IMG/VR virus record: IMGVR_UViG_3300037307_000543
Span: 3,138 to 67,137 of that record
Reading direction: 5' to 3' (one strand)
Source of the DNA: a virus
DNA length: 64,000 nt
The notes under the pieces are model-generated. The model was not told the origin of the DNA, searched no databases, and saw only the letters and a program-made list of their open reading frames with translations. Shown here in pieces: positions 27,231-36,267 of the stretch; position 1 is the first letter of the stretch; every line of letters begins with the position of its first letter. The position numbers and the translations under genes were made by a program.

Positions 27231-28266
27231 CGTGGATCGCTCCGATCCCGACAACGAGAGTGTTGACAGCAGCGTTGATGTCTCTGTCATGTAGAGTTCC
27301 ACACTCTGAACACTTCCATTGTCTTACCGACAAGCCCGCCAATCCTGAAGGACCAGTTAAGGCACCACAAGACGAACAGGTCTTGGTGGAATTATTGCTA
27401 TCAACTTCAACATATTTCCTACGACAAGAACTGCACTTATAGGAAAGCATTCGTTGAAGTTGATAGTGGCCCGAAGAGGCCACCGATTTACCAAATCTCT
27501 TAGAAATGGCTTTTATATTATCTCTACTAAAAACAATTATGGAATTCTCTGAAACTAATCGCCTACTTAATTTGTGATTACGATCCTTCCTCTTGTTAGC
27601 TATCCTTTCATTAATTCTAGCGGTCAATTTTTTATTCTTTCCTCGCTGAGCCTGTCCTAACCTTTTAATTCTCTTCTCAAGTTCCTTCGGGTGTTTTATC
27701 TTCTCCCCCGTTGAAAGAGTTATAAGATGTTTGAATCCTGGATCTATCCCAACAGCCCCATTACCCACTATTGGAATCTCGTTAGGATTAGTGTCAATTA
27801 CCAAACATAGATACCATCCAGAAGCCTTTTTAACAATTCTACCATTCTTGATTTTGCCACCTAGCAAAGTCTGTTTATGAAACCGAGTCTTGCCAACTCC
27901 AGGAATAGAAATGTGGTTATTTGTTGGCGGCCTAAACGGATCGGGAAAATAAATACTATTAAGCTTGTTTCTCTGTCCTTTAAGCCTTGGACTTTTGGTT
28001 CTTTTCTTAAAACAATTAATCCAAGCCAGATAAGCTTGAGACAGAACACCTTGTAAAACATGGCTAGGTATAGCAAGTTTTTTACTATGGTTTGCAAGCA
28101 GATTTTGAAAGTCTTTGGGAGAATGATAAATCTTGTTTTGAGCATCTAACTCTATTTTTCTAATGGCCCAATTCCAAACACCCGTAAGGTTCCATAGCCA
28201 CTCATTAAGTTGAGTTTCTTGTTTACGAGTCAGTCTTAATTTTAATTGTCTCTGAATCATTGGCAT
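27208..28266 (-). mobile_element. tnpB: TnpB-family RNA-guided protein (IS200/IS605-type, no tnpA seen) with atypical RuvC-II
   Basis: QLKLRLTRKQ, VGIDPG (RuvC-I), STKTCSSCG and WKCSECG zinc finger, HDRDINAA (RuvC-III); RuvC-II reads IIVFSRDN instead of IviEdL. Confidence 0.88.
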
Positions 28267-28275
28267 TCTCTTTCA

Positions 28276-28359
28276 CAGAGCATAGAGGAAGCAAGGTCTC
28301 GTAAAAAATACGTTGCTTGTCAGTTCTGCTTCATAAAGTCTTGCTTCCTCTATGCTCTG
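28276..28359. repeat. Perfect 20-bp inverted repeat upstream of tnpB
   Basis: CAGAGCATAGAGGAAGCAAG (28276-28295) and CTTGCTTCCTCTATGCTCTG (28340-28359), 44-nt loop. Confidence 0.85.
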
Positions 28360-28407
28360 GTCTCTATCCCTTTACCACAACCAGTTGCAGGTGTCAAGAA
28401 AAATCGA

Positions 28408-28797
28408 CTACACTTGCTTCTCGATAGCGTCCATGAGCTTCCTAATGTTCTCCATAAGGGGAGACATAAGCCCAACCTCTTCGTTGATCTCGATGAACTT
28501 TTTCATCTTCTCCCACTTACCATCAGAGGAAGAAATGTAAATAGGAGTTCCTACAGGCGGCATTACATCCTTCAGAGACGCGACTTTCGGCTTCTTCTTT
28601 TTGATAATCCTCGCCAGCTCTCCTTTCATCTTGCTCGTAGCCTTTATCAAAGCTGCATCGGCCTCCTTTCTCCTTTTGTACCACCCTTTCATGTACTTGG
28701 ATCTGAACTTCTTCTTGCAATCGGGATCTCCACATTGCTTCTGAAGCTCATTGGGTGTATGAAACACCTTTCTGCAAATCTCACATATTTTTTTCAT
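28408..28797 (-). CDS. Zinc-ribbon/coiled-coil hypothetical protein
   Basis: CEIC...CGDPDC at the N-terminus. Confidence 0.65.
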   Translation of the reverse strand: MKKICEICRKVFHTPNELQKQCGDPDCKKKFRSKYMKGWYKRRKEADAALIKATSKMKGELARIIKKKKPKVASLKDVMPPVGTPIYISSSDGKWEKMKKFIEINEEVGLMSPLMENIRKLMDAIEKQV

Positions 28798-28982
28798 TCC
28801 TGTTCCTCCCTTTCTGGATCGTAAAGTCCTTTCTCGAAAAGTTCGTCGATTGTTTCTCTCATGATAAACACCCTACTTCCGATTTTGAGGTGTTTAATCT
28901 CCCCACGAGAGGTTCTTTGCCTCCACCAAGACACACTCATCCTGGTTTCCATTGCCGCTTCCGGTACGGTAAGAAGCTCCAT
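28794..28982 (-). CDS. Excisionase/AlpA-like helix-turn-helix protein
   Basis: LLTVPEAAMETRMSVSWWRQRTSRGEIKHLKIGSRVFI. Confidence 0.75.
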   Translation of the reverse strand: MELLTVPEAAMETRMSVSWWRQRTSRGEIKHLKIGSRVFIMRETIDELFEKGLYDPEREEQE

Positions 28983-29004
28983 ATCGCTCCTCCTTTAGTA
29001 CCGA

Positions 29005-29034
29005 AATATACCACCATCGAGTATCATGTGTCAA
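29005..29034 (-). promoter_or_regulatory. sigma70-type promoter
   Basis: T-tract then TTGACA-18 bp-TATATT with an extended TG. Confidence 0.65.
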
Positions 29035-29069
29035 GAAAAAAATTCTGAAAATTCAAGGGCTGTACAAGC

Positions 29070-29100
29070 GAAAGGGAGCCCATGCCCAGGACTCCCTTTC
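29070..29100 (-). terminator. Probable intrinsic terminator downstream of the structured RNA
   Basis: GAAAGGGAG...CTCCCTTTC stem with A/T-rich flanks. Confidence 0.55.
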
Positions 29101-29149
29101 TTTTATAGCTTACTAGCTTTTCAAGAGCTGCTGCTATTTTTTGTAGTCC

Positions 29150-29390
29150 GCCATCAGTCCTTCTCGACCGTGGTTAAATAACACTTGCTCTGCCATTGAG
29201 CTACGTCGGCATAGGTTCGGAGCCGACGACCGGATTTGAACCGGCAACCAGTGCTTGGTCTCGAAGTGTCCGACTTAGGACGGATAACGATAAAGCTGAG
29301 GGCTCAACACGATAACGACCAAGAAAATCGCCTTTCTGGTTTACAATAATACGAGAAAGGCTTGATCACGATAACGAAGACACTGAGCCC
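29150..29390 (-). ncRNA. Structured RNA with a circularly permuted tRNA-like domain (29254-29181)
   Basis: T arm GCCGG-TTCAAAT-CCGGT and acceptor 3' strand CGTCGGC come before an 11-nt loop, then acceptor 5' strand GCCGACG and D arm GCTC-AATGGCA-GAGC; GCACT/AGTGT close the stem. No anticodon loop. Outer boundaries are approximate. Confidence 0.75.
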
Positions 29391-30151
29391 TATCTTCCGT
29401 TATGAATGTAGCTGAAGATCTCCTTCCCTACTTCCTCTTTGATTACTTCAGCCGTGTTCGCCCGCATACGCGCCTTCTTCACGGCCTCGATCAGTTCACC
29501 AATCCTGCGAAGCATCTCCTGACGCCTGCGAGGAAAGACCTTCCCGGTCCATACAGCCTGCACGGTGCGCCCAATCGGCCGGTCCTCGGTCCATTCCTTG
29601 ATCTGAGCCGGATGCTTATCGGTAGGCTCCACCATGACCTTGTGAAGGTGGACCTTCTCGGTCTTGTGCCTGATAATAGGATCTCGCGCGCGGAACACGC
29701 CATCGCCCTTATCCTTGTCAGCATCCCATACGACTCCACCTTCGACTACGGGAATGTTCTCATACACCGTCTTCCACTTGTCAAGCCAGTTCTCCAGCGT
29801 CAAGAGAAGCGTGGCGGGAAGCTTTGCAATGAGAATCGTACCGTCTTCCAGCACGATATCGGCCATAGCCTGTTGATTGGTCGTTTCCTTCTGAGCCAGG
29901 GCGTCAAGAAAGCGGATGGCCTCCTTCGAGAACGCATCGAGATCCTGATCCACCGTTGCCGATACTTCGACAGACTCGTATCCCTGCGGCTCTTCGTTCT
30001 TTCGACTTTCGTCGAACATCTCAAGCCGCTTGACCGCACCGTCATACCGGTGAGTCTGTTTGGTAAAAAAGGCAATAGTGTCTGCCTGAGCCTTCTGAGC
30101 AGTAGCCTGAAGGTCGGCAATCACCGCCAGCACTTCATGGAGTTGTGACAT
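29390..30151 (-). CDS. Helical hypothetical protein directly upstream of the structured RNA
   Basis: 253-aa ORF with a GGAGG ribosome-binding site; its stop abuts the first RNA stem. Confidence 0.75.
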   Translation of the reverse strand: MSQLHEVLAVIADLQATAQKAQADTIAFFTKQTHRYDGAVKRLEMFDESRKNEEPQGYESVEVSATVDQDLDAFSKEAIRFLDALAQKETTNQQAMADIVLEDGTILIAKLPATLLLTLENWLDKWKTVYENIPVVEGGVVWDADKDKGDGVFRARDPIIRHKTEKVHLHKVMVEPTDKHPAQIKEWTEDRPIGRTVQAVWTGKVFPRRRQEMLRRIGELIEAVKKARMRANTAEVIKEEVGKEIFSYIHNGR

Positions 30152-30362
30152 TGTTTTCCTCCTTTATGAATCCGATCTTCGATTCACCGTCTATTGGGAT
30201 CAATCTTTTTTCATTAAACCATCGCGCGTCGAAAGGCTCTCCCTCGTTATTGAGCGTTTCCGGAATCAGCGCGTATTCGCAAAAACCATAGATCCATTCT
30301 ATCTTTCCAACAACAATCCCGGAAAAACCGGAGATCTTATCTTTCATCCTTTTGCCAAGCAT
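30135..30362 (-). CDS. Hypothetical phage protein
   Basis: LGKRMKDKISGFSGIV pattern; ribosome-binding site and promoter upstream. Confidence 0.65.
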   Translation of the reverse strand: MLGKRMKDKISGFSGIVVGKIEWIYGFCEYALIPETLNNEGEPFDARWFNEKRLIPIDGESKIGFIKEENNVTTP

Positions 30363-30458
30363 GATTTCCTTTCTTTTTTTGGCCGGGAGCTAGCACTTCT
30401 CCCGGCCAAATCCGCAACCCCAGTCTCAACAAGAGACCTCACGAAAAGGAGTAAATTA

Positions 30459-30487
30459 TATATACCCTATCCGGTCTCACATGTCAA
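30459..30487 (-). promoter_or_regulatory. sigma70-type promoter
   Basis: TTGACA-17 bp-TATATA(TAAT); a GC-rich 5'-UTR hairpin follows at about 30378-30410. Confidence 0.65.
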
Positions 30488-31118
30488 GAAGAAAATTCAA
30501 CGATTCTTCGGCCAACCAAGAAGAGCGAGAAGCAGGGCTCCAAATATGCAAATCAGAAGCAGCATTGTAGAGATCATTTCTCTCTCCTAAAAACAATCAG
30601 CCAGAAAAACAACCCCAATCCCAAGCAAGAAAATTATCGCGCAGATTATGGAAAAGAAGATAAGAAACTTCGGAGAGCGCCATCTTCTCTCTGGAGAAGC
30701 TTCGTCTTCCCACACAACCTCGGTTTCAGCCTCTTCAATGATCTCTTTCTCGTCCATCCTATTCTATCCTCGCTGTGTTGTTTGCCGACTCATATCGAAG
30801 GTCATCAACCTTCTCCCATGGTTCCACGCCTTCCGGCTTTGTCAAGCACCAATAGCACACTTCAGCGTCCACCGGGCATTCCAAAATCCCAATTATGAAA
30901 TCCTTAACGATCATTCTTCACCTCTTTCCAACAAAGCTATTTTATTCTGAAGAATAACAACCATCGCTTTTAAACACCCGATACGCTCACGCCTGGAACA
31001 CCAAAGCTCAAGCTCTTTGTCCGCTTCGTCGATAATGCAAGAAAATCGGAACATTCTCTCCGGGTCTAAGTCAACCATGCTCTTTCTCCTGTGCCTAGTT
31101 ACTTGTATGGTAAGGTGT

Positions 31119-31319
31119 TCATTGCTCCATCAACCTCCGCACCTCCTCTATCAAACAACCCAATAGTTGCGCGCCCTTACTCTGAGTTATCTGCTCAGAA
31201 CTCAAGGCAAGCTTTACGAGAAACTGCAAATCGGCTACATGAATCAGCCGAATTTTAGGTAGGAGCAAAAGAGATGTCCCTTCTTGCAGCTTCAAAAAGT
31301 TACTCATCGTTAGATCCAT
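31119..31319 (-). CDS. Hypothetical protein
   Basis: ORF track; GAGGTGA ribosome-binding site. Confidence 0.5.
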   Translation of the reverse strand: MDLTMSNFLKLQEGTSLLLLPKIRLIHVADLQFLVKLALSSEQITQSKGAQLLGCLIEEVRRLMEQ

Positions 31320-31320
31320 C

Positions 31321-31884
31321 TCACCACCTCAATATTCGTTCGTCGTCATGAATGGGCTCAAAGAAGACCGGTATCACGTATCGTGCAGCGTGAAGCCTTC
31401 CCTCCGCAATACCGTAAGCCGGACTGAGCACGTTGCCTGTGATAGCCAATCTGTCACCTTGCAGAATGTAGAACTCCAAAGAATTGCCTAGGCAGGGAAG
31501 GGTGAACAACACCCGAAAAACCCCTTGTTGCGGCCCTTTGCTTCTCGTCTCATAACGCTCGCCTAATCTTGTCCAGCCAAACAAATTCTTGTAGTAGATA
31601 GGGCTAGTGATCTCTTCTTCGGTTAAGAGTTCGATCAGCGCCCACTCCTCCTCGCCACACTTCCATGCCGTGTTCATCAGGTTGAGCTTTGACTCCCAAT
31701 CAAGCAGCCGCCACCCATTAATGAAGCTTATAACATCGGTTACAACGACCTCAATGGGAATCGGCAATTTGAGAAGTTCTCCATTCCCAATCCACGAGTC
31801 TATGCAATGATTATAGAGGTCTTGACCGCTGATGGGCTTGCCAAGCTCGATAGTTCTCTTCCTCTCATTGAAATAGACTCCCAT
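31321..31884 (-). CDS. Hypothetical protein
   Basis: ORF track; GGAGGTGG ribosome-binding site. Confidence 0.65.
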   Translation of the reverse strand: MGVYFNERKRTIELGKPISGQDLYNHCIDSWIGNGELLKLPIPIEVVVTDVISFINGWRLLDWESKLNLMNTAWKCGEEEWALIELLTEEEITSPIYYKNLFGWTRLGERYETRSKGPQQGVFRVLFTLPCLGNSLEFYILQGDRLAITGNVLSPAYGIAEGRLHAARYVIPVFFEPIHDDERILRW

Positions 31885-32437
31885 CTACCACCTCCACAGT
31901 AGTCCGATTATGGACACAAGCAATGCACCCATCAGAAGCCCAAGGCTTGCATCAAGTTGTATGTCCATCACAATTCAAACCTCCGAAAGAGGATGCGTCT
32001 GTACTCGGCAAAGCGGCAAAAGGTGGGATGTCCAAGCTCTATAGAACTCATCAAGCGACACGCGTTGAACAGTTCATAACTCCAAACGATCATTCCCCAG
32101 TTCTCGTAATGAATTCGACAGAAATAAGGACATGGAGGGCAGTCTTCTGGTCCTTGCCACTCCTCCCGTTTGGGATCAGGCTCGTACCCAGTTATAGGCT
32201 CAAATTTGCGAGAAAGCAGTTCGCTCCTGATAAGTTCCTTTGTCTGTCGAGAGGTCGGCAGTTCGCAACGCACTACGGGAGAGTCCTGCATAGGCCCACG
32301 TGCTCCTTTCCTTATCTCATGAGCCCTAACAAGCGAAAGCATGTCAAACAGCCACTTTTTGCCGCCATCGACCGCCACGGCAGAACAAGCTGGACATAAT
32401 TTGTCCTTTCCCATATCGGTGCCGCAGATCTTGCAAA

Positions 32438-32692
32438 TCATTTCTTCCTCGTCAAGCCTCCTATCAGAGACACCACCGCTACGATAATCGTCAACAAGCT
32501 CGACAATCGGTTCAGCCACAGATCCCACGCGATCACCTCTGTAGGAGTCACGATCCAGTCTCCAGGATACTCCACCAGACCCTTAGAGAAGTTCAAAATA
32601 GCCTTATCTTGCCATGCGCGAACCCACTCGTAGTCGTGATAGAAGACCCCTACACCTATTCCGATGCTTATGAACAAGAGTGCGTGCCACAT
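32438..32692 (-). CDS. Small membrane protein
   Basis: Hydrophobic termini. Confidence 0.45.
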   Translation of the reverse strand: MWHALLFISIGIGVGVFYHDYEWVRAWQDKAILNFSKGLVEYPGDWIVTPTEVIAWDLWLNRLSSLLTIIVAVVSLIGGLTRKK

Positions 32693-32701
32693 AGAACCCC
32701 T

Positions 32702-33025
32702 CTATCTCGGCTTTCTATTATCCTCCTCCTGCTTCGACCAGCCATAAATCATGGCAAGCAGAAAAGGCAAGGGCCACAAAAGCCCTAATATCGCCGTGTT
32801 CCTAGCGTCTATCTCAGAATAACCAAGCTGCAACAAGACCCATTGTAAAAACAACGGACTCAAAATCCACAGCGTTGTCACAATGAAAACCCACCACCCA
32901 GCCAGAAAGTATTTCATGTCTCCTCCCTGTGCGGTTCTACGTAAAGCCGAACGACTCGCGTCGGCTTGCTTGTAGAAGCAATAAGCAATTTCATTTGAAC
33001 AGCGTTCTCTGAGAGTCGTATCCAC
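32702..33025 (-). CDS. Small membrane protein (start uncertain)
   Basis: Two hydrophobic segments; likely starts at MKYFLAG after GGGAGGAG. Confidence 0.5.
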   Translation of the reverse strand: MDTTLRERCSNEIAYCFYKQADASRSALRRTAQGGDMKYFLAGWWVFIVTTLWILSPLFLQWVLLQLGYSEIDARNTAILGLLWPLPFLLAMIYGWSKQEEDNRKPR

Positions 33026-33118
33026 TTACCACCAGCAAGAACCAACCTGGATAGGTCTGGAAGAGTGAACCAGCCTTTACGAAGGGGTTTATCTACTTTG
33101 AGCATAGGACTTTTCATT

Positions 33119-33478
33119 TCAGTATTCCACCTCTACCGCTCCAAAATCCACACACAGGAACTCTCTACCCTCCCCCTTATAAGGAAAGCGTTCAATCCAT
33201 GTTCCCGCCGACTCACCTGACGCAACCTGCAAAGTCTCTCTATCGTCATGATCGTGATGCGGACGATAGACGTGACGCTCAAAGCGAATTTTTTTGTCAA
33301 TGTCAATAATGATCTCGAACTCTGTGCCTCCATTTCTGACAAAGGCCAAAAGCAGACCAGCCTTTCTATTTACTCCCCTTTGAAAAATCTCCAAGGTATA
33401 TTCCTCATCGGAAACGCGAACTCCATCAATACAAACCTTACTACCTAAATCTGTCTCCTGAACGTGCGTAAGTTTCAC
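33119..33478 (-). CDS. Hypothetical protein
   Basis: ORF track; coupled to its neighbours. Confidence 0.6.
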   Translation of the reverse strand: MKLTHVQETDLGSKVCIDGVRVSDEEYTLEIFQRGVNRKAGLLLAFVRNGGTEFEIIIDIDKKIRFERHVYRPHHDHDDRETLQVASGESAGTWIERFPYKGEGREFLCVDFGAVEVEY

Positions 33479-33711
33479 TTCGTCTCCTCCATTAAACGGT
33501 CTGCAACATTATCGGCGTCACACGGAGGATCGACACGAGCGTGATACCAGTGCGTAATCAAACAGTCGTCTCGATGTCCGGATAAGAAAACGAGTCGCTC
33601 CGGGTTCCACCCGGCTCGCTTACACTCTCCTTGAGCGTGGTAAAACACGTCATAGCCCCAAACAGTCTCGTTCGGCTCCGGCAATGCGTCAGTCACTCTA
33701 ATCCAGATCAT
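33475..33711 (-). CDS. DUF551-like small phage protein
   Basis: WIRVTDALPEPNETV...ITHW pattern. Confidence 0.55.
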   Translation of the reverse strand: MIWIRVTDALPEPNETVWGYDVFYHAQGECKRAGWNPERLVFLSGHRDDCLITHWYHARVDPPCDADNVADRLMEETK

Positions 33712-33865
33712 TTTAGTTTCTCCAATCTGACTTTTGATTCCTTAATTTCCCTTTAGCAGTGCACTCTGCATCGCAAAAGCGACGCCTTTTGAAAGCGGCA
33801 AGAGGCTCCGTATAACAGAGACGCTATTCATAAACGGGTTGGCCATTTTCTGATCCTTCACGCAC

Positions 33866-33894
33866 AAGATACAATATCCATTCTCAAGTGTCAA
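33866..33894 (-). promoter_or_regulatory. sigma70-type promoter
   Basis: T-tract then TTGACA-17 bp-TATCTT. Confidence 0.65.
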
Positions 33895-33914
33895 GAAAAA
33901 AGATTGAAGTTATA

Positions 33915-33952
33915 GAAGAAGAAAGCCTGACGCTTTCGTGGAGCGTCAGGCT
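33915..33952 (-). terminator. Rho-independent terminator
   Basis: AGCCTGACGCT-7 nt-AGCGTCAGGCT followed by TTCTTCTT on the minus strand. Confidence 0.75.
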
Positions 33953-34019
33953 CTAAGGAAGGAGTTTTAGCAAGGGCAACATCTCACAATCGAAAGTGTC
34001 TTATAACGAAGACGGTTTG

Positions 34020-35006
34020 TCAAGAAGGAAATTCTGCATCCGGATACTTCTTAATAAAGTCCGACACCTCTGAATTCGGCACATACACCTTCTCTCCATT
34101 AACCTCAAGCACCACATACCTTCCTTTCCAATTCGCCGGAACGGTTAAAGCGTTCTCTACGCTCCACCCGCTCCTTAACCTACTGACAATCAGCTCATAG
34201 TTTAATCCTGTCTTCTTCGCCCACCACTTCATAGAGGCTGTCTTTCCGTTATGAGTTATCGTCTTTGCACTTCTAGGAATATAAGGCTTCGTTAGCGCTT
34301 TTTCCACAGTCCATCCGTTCCTTATTCTGGAGCGCAGCGCTTCCGGATGTATTCCTACCTTCTTTGCCCAACTCCCTATTGGGGCCGTTTCTCCCTTATA
34401 TGTAATTGTCTCTGTTGGCATCCTTTCTTGACAAAGACGGAACAATTTATCTTCCGGCCAATTCCTGTTTAATCTATAATAAATAACATAAGGTGAAATT
34501 CCTACAAGCTCGGCAACAAGAGAAACCGGAAGAAGTTTTCCATTATACTCAACTAACCTGTTAGTTCTTTTATTTCGACATTGCTCTTTCTGGGTGGCCC
34601 ATCTGCAATTGCCAGGCTCATAATCTCCGTCATTATCAATCCTCTCTATCGCATATCCTTCCGGTCTTGGCCCCATATCTTCGCAAAATGCCTCAAATGA
34701 TTTTTTCCATCTATCGCACATCTTTATTCCACGACCGCCATAGTTTTTGTAAGCTCTATTGCCCTTGCTATAACAGCGTTGTTTTATTCCTTTCCATATA
34801 GACCAGAGAGGCCCCTTTTTCTCTTCCATCATTTTCCTTTTTTTTGAGTTGTAGCATGTTCTACATGACTTGATTCCACTCTTAAGGGCAAGACGAGTTA
34901 CTTCAATTTCTTTTCCACAAGAGCATTTACACAGATAGGTTGTTTCTTCAAGTCGCCTTAACACCTTTAGCGAGCCTACTGTAGTCCCTTCGTATGTTTT
35001 GACCAT
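34020..35006 (-). CDS. HNH-family homing-endonuclease-like protein (paralog 4) with three C-terminal DNA-binding repeats
   Basis: YGGRGIKMCDRW, IERIDNDGDYEPGNCRWAT; repeated ITY/HxG...W...G...LRSRI..GWTVE.AL units. Confidence 0.8.
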   Translation of the reverse strand: MVKTYEGTTVGSLKVLRRLEETTYLCKCSCGKEIEVTRLALKSGIKSCRTCYNSKKRKMMEEKKGPLWSIWKGIKQRCYSKGNRAYKNYGGRGIKMCDRWKKSFEAFCEDMGPRPEGYAIERIDNDGDYEPGNCRWATQKEQCRNKRTNRLVEYNGKLLPVSLVAELVGISPYVIYYRLNRNWPEDKLFRLCQERMPTETITYKGETAPIGSWAKKVGIHPEALRSRIRNGWTVEKALTKPYIPRSAKTITHNGKTASMKWWAKKTGLNYELIVSRLRSGWSVENALTVPANWKGRYVVLEVNGEKVYVPNSEVSDFIKKYPDAEFPS

Positions 35007-35169
35007 AATAATTATTCAATACAGTATGTTGTTTCAGGTGTCAAGAATAAAATTTCCTAGTATAAAAATTTCTCGACGTGGGTACGACCAATTGGCATAC
35101 CCCCCTTTCGCGCCACACCCACGGGATTAAAAGAAAAACCCCCCCTTCCTTAACAATATCAATCGAGAT

Positions 35170-35195
35170 TCATGAAGCTATTTTTAGCTTCATGA
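35170..35195. repeat. Dispersed palindrome copy 3
   Basis: TCATGAAGCTA-TTTT-TAGCTTCATGA. Confidence 0.85.
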
Positions 35196-35301
35196 TATCC
35201 TCAATGATATTGCGGCTTGTACAAAAATATGCCCGCAGGATTTCTCCCTGCAGGCTCCCATTGGGAAATGTTAGATTTGGTTCACTCCAGAGAGTAGCAC
35301 G

Positions 35302-35676
35302 TCACTTGAGCCTTGTCCAGTCTGCTCTCTTTACGCTCTCCCTCTGCTTCCTGTCTAGCTCTTTGATTCTTTCCTTGCGTAGCCTTTGTTTCTCGTCATC
35401 TGTTTTCAACCTGGACGAGGTGGGCCGAGAGGGACAAAGCTCTCCTTCTTGCTCTTCAGCTCTTTCCTTATCAACCTTGTCATCCATTGCCCAAGATTCT
35501 CTACGTAAGGAAACATTTTCCTGATCTCCTCTTTCTCTTCCTCGCTCAGCTCCGCAAGGGTCTCCATCTATAATTCTCCTTCTACAATACGCGCTCACAG
35601 ATTTGTGCTCCTGGAAGGCTTTGAGCCTTACTTGTTCATATTCCTCCACGCTCATAACTACGCTTATGATCTTCAT
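35302..35676 (-). CDS. Hypothetical protein (possible ribbon-helix-helix N-terminus)
   Basis: KIISVVMSVEEYEQVRLKAFQEHKSVSAYCRR. Confidence 0.45.
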   Translation of the reverse strand: MKIISVVMSVEEYEQVRLKAFQEHKSVSAYCRRRIIDGDPCGAERGRERGDQENVSLRRESWAMDDKVDKERAEEQEGELCPSRPTSSRLKTDDEKQRLRKERIKELDRKQRESVKRADWTRLK

Positions 35677-36012
35677 AACTTCATAATAATCTATCCCTGG
35701 AGAGAAGTCAAGCTGTACAAAGTGAAGCTCCCCGAGCTGCCACTGGAGAGCTTCGTTTGTATTGGGCGTTGCACCCTGTGGTGGGACTGAAGATGTTGGG
35801 TAGGTTTTGTTTTGGGTAGGGCGGCGGGAGGCACTTCCTCCCCTTTTTTTACCGCAGGGCTATCCTACTCTATACTCCTTTTCCCAACAATAGTTTTGTT
35901 TTGTGTTTTAGCTATCTCTATCCAGTAGCTCATTATATAGCCTACCTTCTCAAACTCCTTTGCTAGATAGGTTCATCACATTAACAAATACTTAGTACTC
36001 ATTAAGGATTTA

Positions 36013-36267
36013 TTAAGTTGATTTCCTAACCGGCGGGATCTGAGGAGTTTTCTTTTCCTCATAACACCACGCGCTCACCGGCCCGCGCTCTCGCTCCGTT
36101 ATGTTCGCAATTTGAACATCAGCTCCAACAGTATCCAAGAAAGCACGCACCGCTTCTATCCACTCTGGATTTAGCCCCGAAATAGATTTCAACTCATTAA
36201 GAATTTGTGACTTCAAGAGTCGAGCGTTTGAGGCTGCTTTGAAACAGTCAGAGCTAATATGATACAT
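36013..36267 (-). CDS. Hypothetical protein
   Basis: ORF track; GGAGAG ribosome-binding site. Confidence 0.55.
   Translation of the reverse strand: MYHISSDCFKAASNARLLKSQILNELKSISGLNPEWIEAVRAFLDTVGADVQIANITERERGPVSAWCYEEKKTPQIPPVRKST

Noticed and set aside
29181-29254. Ordinary tRNA-Thr gene or tRNA-derived attP
   Set aside because: The halves are in reversed order and there is no anticodon loop; an attP would carry only a duplicated 3' fragment, and no integrase is nearby.
29040-29400. Two-piece (permuted) tmRNA
   Set aside because: The acceptor lacks the Ala G3-U70 pair, a full D stem is present, and no downstream frame ends in an ALAA-like tag.
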